DNA of 54,679 nucleotides from a virus (taxonomy: Duplodnaviria > Heunggongvirae > Uroviricota > Caudoviricetes), in IMG/VR virus record IMGVR_UViG_3300037466_003757, positions 1 through 54,679 of that record; one strand, written 5' to 3'. Shown here piece after piece: positions 18,801-26,000 of the stretch; within the stretch, counting starts at the first letter, position 1; each line of letters opens with the position of its first letter. The notes beneath the pieces are model-generated. The model had not been told where the DNA came from and did no database searches. It saw only the letters and a program-made list of their open reading frames with translations. A program made the translations under genes and the position numbers.

Positions 18801-19713
18801 GAAGAGCTTGCGCACGCTCTTCGCGGTCCTGCAACGGACTGCTGAATCGGCTGTTTTTTTCCGGCTCGTCATCGTACGTGTGAATGTGCGCACCTTCTGG
18901 TACGCTTGTCTTGCGAATTTTTCCGTCCGGTGCGGCCGTATGCAGCGTAATGGCACCGTTGTCGTGTTCGGTGTGAAGCAATTTCTCGGAAGCGACACGT
19001 CCATCGTTATGAACGAATCGTACTTTGATACTGCCTTTCACCGATGACGGAAGTTCATGAAGTGAAGCGACTTTTTTGGCAGTATACGGACCGATCGCGT
19101 CCCGACCGAGATTGGTGATCTCGTTCTTTGCGTTACCGCCCTGACCGAGCGGAGTGCCAATCGGCAACTTGTATCGTGCGGCACCTTCAGGTGATGCTAC
19201 CTTACGACCCGATGCCACGATCGCCTCGGCGTCGTCTGGATACATACGACCCGCGTGAACGAGCTGCGTGACAGCCGATTCGAAGAGTCCGACAAACTGA
19301 TCAGCATCGATATTCGGATCACGCATCGAACGAACGACCGCGCTGGCCGCGACTGCCTCGGCGATTTCAGGAGTCGGCGCTTCGCTGACCGACGCAGCCG
19401 TTTCTTCGGCAAGTCGCTTCGCTTCATTGAAAATTTCTGACCGCGACGCGTCGTACTCACGCAACGATACGATATTGCTGGCTTCCGCGCGCCACTCTTC
19501 CGGAAGAAGAGGTTCGAGACCCATTGCTCGTGCGATGCGAATGACGTACCACTTTTGGTCCGCGTCACCGCCGAGCTTAGTGCGCTGGATTGCCGCGGCA
19601 AGCTGCTCCCTGTTCGCGATAGGGGTAATGCGTTGCACTGTCGGACTCTCCCTCCGGGCGATTGTATCGTTATGGATGGTACGTTGCGCGCCATGTAAGC
19701 AGCGAACCATCAT
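15868..19713 (-). CDS. Large repeat-rich putative internal virion protein
   Basis: 1281 aa, K/A/S/D/E-rich; duplicated RKVAS..G..RYKLPIGTPL; six SKLSDxEL-type repeats; SH3/KOW-like segments. Confidence 0.75.
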   Translation of the reverse strand: MMVRCLHGAQRTIHNDTIARRESPTVQRITPIANREQLAAAIQRTKLGGDADQKWYVIRIARAMGLEPLLPEEWRAEASNIVSLREYDASRSEIFNEAKRLAEETAASVSEAPTPEIAEAVAASAVVRSMRDPNIDADQFVGLFESAVTQLVHAGRMYPDDAEAIVASGRKVASPEGAARYKLPIGTPLGQGGNAKNEITNLGRDAIGPYTAKKVASLHELPSSVKGSIKVRFVHNDGRVASEKLLHTEHDNGAITLHTAAPDGKIRKTSVPEGAHIHTYDDEPEKNSRFSSPLQDREERAQALHERMDKRTDEDETFYRHHDDETAINMRTLGDAFARGLEQDYEPSMTERLRRKLRRDKKGVTASGVRKVASQDGVERYKLPIGTPLDGSHAARAAEGAAKAVAHLQSKSNTRRSDELKAGDHVVSDMSGATKEVISVKPSRLFGRTHVEFKDGSQAHLKHEHRVIVAKPDSETKTKDADTFEVIRPGSVADKAQKRTQTESPKKPDTESSPAKVSDKDRFSRMTDAQLAESKPQLMQMYLNAKTADERNAVSDKMAALKAEEQSRKPSNNSKNDFSKLSDNELRDQLHESNKQLRRAYGRDKYGQSDIDAASAHNRSINDEIVKRGIAPGRSDLSGFDTEMRKHAETAARMSDKELDLRLKNADKDLQKKRDQAESAARAHRGNTQSPREMKARQAAEDAGRLVQAMKRERAHRDAEDNAPTSTPTNVPKFKKEDVLADYHAAVKTNRIARENGDDSKARNARAEIDDLAKYMRENNIEIPKIPRESDTSSAPSASETVKFSDKDDTKNREIARGLTDDELAKQITLAKNRVNSGEAAVKIAESHTVNNRMIGKTSPGLKAYQLLENASTLHSILTDEQKRRTGDSAKSTEKPAEKPAEKPAEKPAETAKPVFIRDKFQKLGKVNLKAKGNDEERFQAKTTLADGHKHKIGDTVRDENGRTGKLIQTYQTHSAVQWDDTGKKQTVANKTLNHHVASESAPAKSVSTTDEVSKAKDWENATKQDWLNKSRSNASEAERDKAANRYADAKKAREAVESKSAAQNFGAARAEAAHRTAMNTATAQPKTPDVTVKSAKEYDAEHSKLSDKELEDKQRHLRYQYKISPAHQRPAINAQLESVNRVLNAKQKSTTTSDGPHSKLTDDQLHIAHQRVQAAQTNAQNKVDALASRNSGKVMGEKQSKAYAELSDASKKLGAVRSELTKRGLPTNGSHVDTSSKDFHDFVEREFGKSWSDAKITEKGPMRVAYAAEQAKKKGSAGKA
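16985..17036 (-). repeat. 12-bp tandem repeat (about 4.3 copies) encoding EKPA
   Basis: TCAGCTGGCTT(T/C) x4 on + strand. Confidence 0.9.
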
Positions 19714-19733
19714 CGGTTTCTACCTGCGGATTT

Positions 19734-20873
19734 TCACCTCTTCACTCGGTGCATCGTGCGTTGCGCGATAGCCGGATCCATTTCGGCGAGCATGTCGAGC
19801 TTGGTCCAGTACGGCGCGATGAAAACAGTTTTCGCGATCGTGCGTCCTTTACCGGTCCATACCGACTTGAAATGCGCGGCACGATGCTGCGGAAGCTGTT
19901 CGTAACCTGACCCCAGTTTGCGACGCATTTCGACGTATTGCCGGCGCAATTTACCGAGCATCGGACCCATCTTCCACCCGATCAAATCGATCTTGGGTGG
20001 CTTACGCATGTTCCACGATCGCCGTTCGATCGCTCGTCGTGGTATTGATTGTCGGTCGAGTGTGGTCGAAGCGAGGTACATGATCGATCCGAGAACGATC
20101 CGCATCAGCGAACGCATGTATCCGACTTGATCTTCGTACGATGTGGGCGCGTCCACTGCCCACTCGAATTGCGAAATCTGCCATACCGACAGATCGCTCA
20201 GACTAATTGGTTCGGATTTGATCGGAAAACTGGTTCGAATCATCTCGAAATCGGTGACATTACCGTCTCCGTCGATCACGTCACCGACGATGAGAACACC
20301 GAACCGCGGTATATCGGGATCGGACGTCGTAGTGACTATCTTGTACGCGCCGTCATGCTTGAGGTCTCTGAACTCCAATGGCACACCCGGTATTGACAAA
20401 TCTTCCAGATTTTCGCCGCGTGCAATTTCTTCGTGCGTGTTGGGCACGCCGTACGTCAGAAATCCATAGAATCGTACGCGCTCGTCTGGATTACTCGGAT
20501 TATACCGATTGATGATGAACGGTTCGGTGAATACGACCAACGGGCTGATATACGGAAGCGCACGAACGATCTCGGTTACGATCGTTTTCGTGTCCATCGC
20601 GTGCAGCTCAGTGAGCAATTCCGGATAAATTGCGACAGCTTGTCGACTTTCGCGCTTCCATACGTCGAGAATCTTACCGTCCTGTAACGAACCGCGAATC
20701 GATGTAGCGAAGCTTTGCGGTGTCATACGATATTTGATCGCCAATTCGATCGGACTGACAGGTACTCGTATAGCATTGGGATTTTTCTTATCGATGTAAT
20801 GACGCGCGGTATCAGCTTCTTGTTCAATCATCCCGATAACGCGACTCGCAGCGTCGATTTCTTTTTCGCTCAT
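19734..20873 (-). CDS. Hypothetical protein with C-terminal PQHRAAHFxxVW motif (AcrVA2/FinQ-like motif, tentative)
   Basis: 379 aa from MSEKEID; C-terminal QLPQHRAAHFKSVWTGKGR...VFIAPYW. Confidence 0.55.
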   Translation of the reverse strand: MSEKEIDAASRVIGMIEQEADTARHYIDKKNPNAIRVPVSPIELAIKYRMTPQSFATSIRGSLQDGKILDVWKRESRQAVAIYPELLTELHAMDTKTIVTEIVRALPYISPLVVFTEPFIINRYNPSNPDERVRFYGFLTYGVPNTHEEIARGENLEDLSIPGVPLEFRDLKHDGAYKIVTTTSDPDIPRFGVLIVGDVIDGDGNVTDFEMIRTSFPIKSEPISLSDLSVWQISQFEWAVDAPTSYEDQVGYMRSLMRIVLGSIMYLASTTLDRQSIPRRAIERRSWNMRKPPKIDLIGWKMGPMLGKLRRQYVEMRRKLGSGYEQLPQHRAAHFKSVWTGKGRTIAKTVFIAPYWTKLDMLAEMDPAIAQRTMHRVKR

Positions 20874-20877
20874 ACGA

Positions 20878-21543
20878 TCACATCCCCATGTCAGAAGCGC
20901 ATTTCGGTCCGATACCGGCCTCGCGACTCGACTTTTTGGTAAGAGTTCGACCGCATCGACCACAGACTTTGATCTCGTGACCGAAGCGAATCATAGCGGC
21001 GAGCGGATCAGCGGCGATTTTCTCCAGAACGGTACGTGCTGCCTTACCCGTCAATTTGATTTCGTTGTCGCTCGCCATTACGTTGACGAACAAACGACCG
21101 TGCCACCGCGACGTGTCGTCCGGCTTGTTGACCTTGTAAAACGCGAGATGGTGGTCATCATCGTCGGTTTCGACAGCGTAGCGCCCGTCCTCGATATTCG
21201 GAAATTCCGACGCCATAATTTTCCACGCGCTCGACGTTCCGCCGTTGCGATCCGCTACCATCGGTAATGTCTTGAGCGTATCGAGCAATGCACCCATTCG
21301 CTTGTAATCCAACGGATGAGCGTACTTGGGAGCCGACGTCATATCGAAAATGCCACGCTCGATCTGACCGAAAAACGTATCGATTTCGAGGCGAAGTCGC
21401 TCGATACGCACACGCCACTCATCGTTCAGTTTCGAGATATCGCGATCGTTCATCAGCCGACGAGCGAATCGATATTGCTTTTCCGACGGCACGTACGCAT
21501 TCGGTGCCGCGGGGTGGGAGGGCGTTTCGATGGTGGCGTTCAT
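20878..21543 (-). CDS. DUF6011-like zinc-ribbon protein
   Basis: C-terminal CGRCGRTLT..SREAGIGPKCA. Confidence 0.75.
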   Translation of the reverse strand: MNATIETPSHPAAPNAYVPSEKQYRFARRLMNDRDISKLNDEWRVRIERLRLEIDTFFGQIERGIFDMTSAPKYAHPLDYKRMGALLDTLKTLPMVADRNGGTSSAWKIMASEFPNIEDGRYAVETDDDDHHLAFYKVNKPDDTSRWHGRLFVNVMASDNEIKLTGKAARTVLEKIAADPLAAMIRFGHEIKVCGRCGRTLTKKSSREAGIGPKCASDMGM

Positions 21544-21574
21544 ATCGTGTCCGTTTCGTTTCGTTCTTATCGAT

Positions 21575-21603
21575 ATATTACCATAACGTGGCGATCCCGT
21601 AAA
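21575..21603 (-). promoter_or_regulatory. Sigma70/SigA-type promoter
   Basis: TTTACG-N17-TAATAT with TGG extended -10. Confidence 0.75.
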
Positions 21604-21641
21604 CCATTTCCGAATGTTGATATTCTGTCAGCGCATACGAC

Positions 21642-21675
21642 GAACGCCCCGCCACGATTACGTAGCGGGGCGCTC
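21642..21675 (-). terminator. Terminator hairpin of the ACGCCCC/GGGGCGT family
   Basis: Stem fully paired (two G-U) on minus strand after stop at 21686. Confidence 0.65.
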
Positions 21676-21685
21676 TGTCGGCGAA

Positions 21686-21943
21686 TTAGATCGCGATCGG
21701 GTGCGGCAGCGGCCACTCTTTTTCGGTCCACTCGCCTTCGGCCATCTGATCGTAGGCGATCTGCAGCTTGCTCAGTGCCTCGTCGTCGCCGTAAAAGCGA
21801 ACGAGCGGATTGTGCCCACCGGGGCCGTGCATCGTCAGTACGCGGTACCCGCTCAGCCCGTAGCGCGAAATGGCATCGAGTGCGGCGTGGCCGATGGTGG
21901 GGTACGGATCGGCGACGAAGTCGAGGTCGACGTGCTTGGCCAT
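21686..21943 (-). CDS. Small hypothetical protein
   Basis: 85 aa, ACAGGAG RBS, own promoter and terminator; GPGGHNP motif. Confidence 0.75.
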   Translation of the reverse strand: MAKHVDLDFVADPYPTIGHAALDAISRYGLSGYRVLTMHGPGGHNPLVRFYGDDEALSKLQIAYDQMAEGEWTEKEWPLPHPIAI

Positions 21944-22020
21944 AATATTCTCCTGTCGTTGCCCGGTCCGGAAGCTGGGCCGGGGCTTGCTTCGTATCGT
22001 CGTTCGATCGATACGTTCCT

Positions 22021-22049
22021 ATCGTATCGCGTATGGCGTAGCTTGTAAA
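22021..22049 (-). promoter_or_regulatory. Promoter
   Basis: TTTACA-N17-TACGAT. Confidence 0.7.
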
Positions 22050-22144
22050 CCCCCTTTACGTAAAAATATTGCCCAAGCGCCAGAACGACGCTTGAGCTCG
22101 ATGCACCCGAGAAAATGGGCGCCTAGATCGAACGGAGAGCGACT

Positions 22145-22173
22145 TTTACGTCGAGCGCGGGTATTTATATGGT
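22145..22173 (+). promoter_or_regulatory. Putative antisense promoter
   Basis: TTTACG-N17-TATGGT pointing into the 3' end of the head operon. Confidence 0.5.
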
Positions 22174-22178
22174 CGAAA

Positions 22179-22553
22179 CTACGACGCCAGGAGGTCGGAG
22201 AGGGTCATCGTACCGTCGCTGGCCTGCGCGCTGTCCCATAGCGGCACGACGTTGCTGTCTGTATCGTACGCATCGTATTGGTCGATATCGGCGTCGTCAG
22301 TATCGTTGTCAGGGTCCATCGGCACCCAATAGCCCTGATCGCGTCGATATACGCCCTGCGGAGTGAGCAGTACCATTGCGTGGACCACCTGATCGTCGTC
22401 ACACAGTCCGACCAACGATTCGCCTTGTCCGACAGTGAAATCGACGCTAGCTACGAGCACCCGAAGCGACGGATCGTCCCAGTTCGGCATGCCATCGTCG
22501 TCGAGAAAAACGCCTCCGACGAAACGATAACCGTTACCCATCTCATCGAGCAC
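22179..22553 (-). CDS. Acidic hypothetical protein
   Basis: 124 aa ORF in operon; shares motif with 534-aa protein. Confidence 0.7.
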   Translation of the reverse strand: MLDEMGNGYRFVGGVFLDDDGMPNWDDPSLRVLVASVDFTVGQGESLVGLCDDDQVVHAMVLLTPQGVYRRDQGYWVPMDPDNDTDDADIDQYDAYDTDSNVVPLWDSAQASDGTMTLSDLLAS

Positions 22554-22571
22554 TGACGTCTGCCTTTCACG

Positions 22572-23048
22572 TTAACGATCGCGGGTACTGCGTCGTGCAG
22601 TTCGCGTATCGGAATCAGTGGAGTTGTCAGTGTCGGTATCGTCGCTTGTGTTCGACTCAACTGGGGTGCTGTCATCGAACGGATCCGCTGAATCGTCTTG
22701 ATTCACCTTACTGGTTTCGTTCTGCGTACTATAACGCGCACGTTCGTCGTCAGTTGCGACGGTCGGCGTCTCGTACGAACCAGTTTTCAAGAGCTTGATG
22801 AGCATGTCTGGTACGTCGTCCATGGTCTCGACATACAGACCCTTCTCAGCGACTTCGTCCAGCCATCCGTTGACCTCGGCGCGTGCAAAGAACGAGCAAT
22901 TCTGCATCATCGATGCAAGCTCCCGAGATACCTCGGGATCGATGTATCCGCCTTCGATACGTTCATCTGATCGTCGTTCACCTGGGGACTTCATTGGCGT
23001 CGCACCTCCGCTCGTTGCCGCGATCATTCCGTAGTCGATATAGGTCAT
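22572..23048 (-). CDS. Acidic hypothetical protein
   Basis: 158 aa ORF in operon. Confidence 0.7.
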   Translation of the reverse strand: MTYIDYGMIAATSGGATPMKSPGERRSDERIEGGYIDPEVSRELASMMQNCSFFARAEVNGWLDEVAEKGLYVETMDDVPDMLIKLLKTGSYETPTVATDDERARYSTQNETSKVNQDDSADPFDDSTPVESNTSDDTDTDNSTDSDTRTARRSTRDR

Positions 23049-23066
23049 CTTACGCCCGTCCTGCTC

Positions 23067-26000
23067 TCATCGGCTCATTACGAGCGTATTGCGATGTGTG
23101 AAGACCACGAAGTCCTCGTAATTACCTTGCGGAATATCGAATCGGTCGATACCAGTAGCGAGAGCGTATCGCCCGACATCCTGGATAAACTCAAGTCGTG
23201 CGGAGATACCGAGAAGCTCGGTCAGCTCCGGATGCGTATTCATCACCTTCTCAACGAGCTGCTCCGATTCCTTTCTGTCTTTGACAGTCGCCTTGAGCGC
23301 ATCTTTCGAAAACGCAGGCAGTTCGGGAATTTTGGAATCGATAGCTCGAGCGAAATCGAGCACCTTCTTCGGTGACGAGAATCCCGACACGAACGCTTCG
23401 CCACTTGTCGATGTGTACGAAATCGATTCGTCACGTGTTTCGTTGAAACGTCTCTGACTCGCGCCAGCAAAGTCATAAACGATTCCCGATTCAATACTTC
23501 CAGCGCCGTATATACGAGATCGAGCCTTCGAACTCGTTTCTGCCTTAGTCAACGTAACTCGGTAGCGCATCTCGTCGGGGTCGAACCGATTAGAACTGCC
23601 GGGAGTCTTGAATAACAGCTTGATTTCACGTCCACCGCTATAGTATCCGTGATCGATTTCAACTTCGTCGAGTTGAAGACCTTTTTTCTCGTAGAAATTG
23701 ATCATCGATTCCGCATCACCAACCATTTGACGAATCTGAGCATCGGATGGATTCGCCAGTGACGAATGATTCGCTAAAGCGCGTTGCCACGTGGGATTCG
23801 TATTTGTCGGCTTGGTATAGAGTTCGGCGTCACTCGGTGCAAGGCCCAGTGACTGCATCAATTTGAGACGACTATCAGAACCCGATTTGACCGACTTGAT
23901 CATATCGGCGTAAAGATCACCGTACTTACGTGTTTTCGCATCGGGTCGATTAACGATACGCGTGACATTGCTGCCATTACCACCGGCGTAACTATTTTGC
24001 GCGGTCGAAAGCCGGTTACTGGCGTATGATCCCGATCCGTAGACGCCTTCACCAGCGAAATACGTGCCGGAACGGAAATCGGTAGCAGATTCCGCTGATC
24101 CGACACCGCGATAGTATACAGTGAGATTGTTTTTCGCTACGTATGCATCAAAATCGGCTTTAGGAAGTCGTACAACGCCCGCATCTCCACCAACCAATTT
24201 TGTAAACTCGTACATCAGCGGATCTTTTTGCGTGGTTCCGTCGCTGGCCATTTTGAAACTCGGCCGCGAACGTGAACCCGGACGCTTGACGCGTTCAGCT
24301 GCCTCGGGAATAACGAGTCGCGATGCGAGCAAATCGTTATCTTGTTTGCCGTCATCCAACATGGTTTTCGATGTCGGCAGCTTGTAACCGAGTGCTTGAA
24401 CCGGATTGTACCGAGTTTCAACGAACGGCGCGCGATGTCCTGGAAGTACGTCACCAGATTTCGGCTCTTGAACGTTCGGATCGGTCGCTTGAGCGATTAC
24501 GTCGATCGCCATTTTACCCGTCGATTTCGGCAACATCGCTTGCGGAGTGAGCTTACCGTCGAGAACATTCATATTAGCGGCCATACCGGATGACCCGTTT
24601 CCGCGTTCATAGGTGAGAAGTTGACGATCGTCCATATTGACGCTCTCCATCGTATCGAGCGTCTGATCGTGGTAGTAACTCACTCTAGGCGGCAGATTGA
24701 TATCTTCGCCAGCCGAATTTTTGAGCGCTTGACTTGGTCGTGGTATCGCGTTTTGCTTGTTCTGAAGGTTATGCGCATCACGCATAGTGAGATTACGCGC
24801 CGTCACAACAGTAGACTTGCTACCCGCTCCGAACGTGTATTGAGGATTCGTCGGTTCGAAATAGAAATCACGCTCTGATTGCGTAAGCTCTACCCATTTA
24901 TCGGGTGGATTGATATTTTTTTCGCGATTTGCCCAATCCGCATGCTGATCGAAATCGCCCACATAATAAATCTTGTCTTTGTCGCCGTCGAAAACGAAAA
25001 CCGGCTTGAGATGATTGATTATATTGCCGCTAGCATCTTTTTTGGGATCGGTAGGCATAACGTAGGAGCGTACGTTGTGCGACAGCCATGCCGGACGATC
25101 GATTTTCTTGATTTTTGGAGAATACCCATTCGAGCCCACTCCATCGTCTATGGGCCATTTTTTCGACAATGCAGATTGAATATCGTAAGGCTTATCATCG
25201 TTCGGTCCGTGCGTATTCGCAAGATTTGCGGCTTTCACCCAATCCGGCGACTTGCCCAGCTTTTGAGTGAGATTATTGATGTTACCGTAAGCCGATATCG
25301 CGGAACTCAAGAAACGTAAGAGTTCGTTATTCTCCGGTTTCGCTCCGTTGTAGCGTACCTCGCCTTGACGGTTTGATCCAAGATAATGCGCTTCACCATC
25401 GCGGAGCATCCAAATACCCGGATTCATGGCGGCGCCATCACGAATGTCGACCACCTGATCGCCGGGACGTAATTCACCGTATTCGCCGAGATTACCGGAC
25501 TCGTACTTGACCTTGATCGGTACCGGCTTGAGAATTTTCTTCGCGTCATCGAGCGTATTGATCTGCGGAGGACCGGGTTTTACAGCTGCTTTACCGGCAC
25601 GAGCCGCTTTGGCTGTTGCTCGCTTGTCTGCCAGCGCTTTCGCTTCCACAACCAACGCATCGTGATCGACACTGTCGAGCTGACGGAAATTGTCGGCCCG
25701 AATACGAACGGGAAGAATATCTTTCGGATTCGCCTTGTTGTGAAGCAATGCGATAATGTCACGATCACTTTCGGTTCCGTCCTTCTCGATCGCTTTCGAG
25801 AAGAACGTCACCTTGACGTTGTGCGTCAGCGAATATCCGACCGGATGCGGCGTCTTGCTGAAATCGTGATTCTTGAGATCGAATTCGATACCCTTCGGGT
25901 TAGTTGCTGGCTTAGAAACGGCAGGCGCAGTCTTCGCCGCGTCGAAGTCAACGAACTGGGTCTTGATTCGAGATTTGTCCGCCGCGCGATGATGACCGTC

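Noticed and set aside
23190-23940. Insertion in the ART-like domain as a possible intein
   Set aside because: No Cys/Ser start with terminal His-Asn junction or LAGLIDADG motif seen
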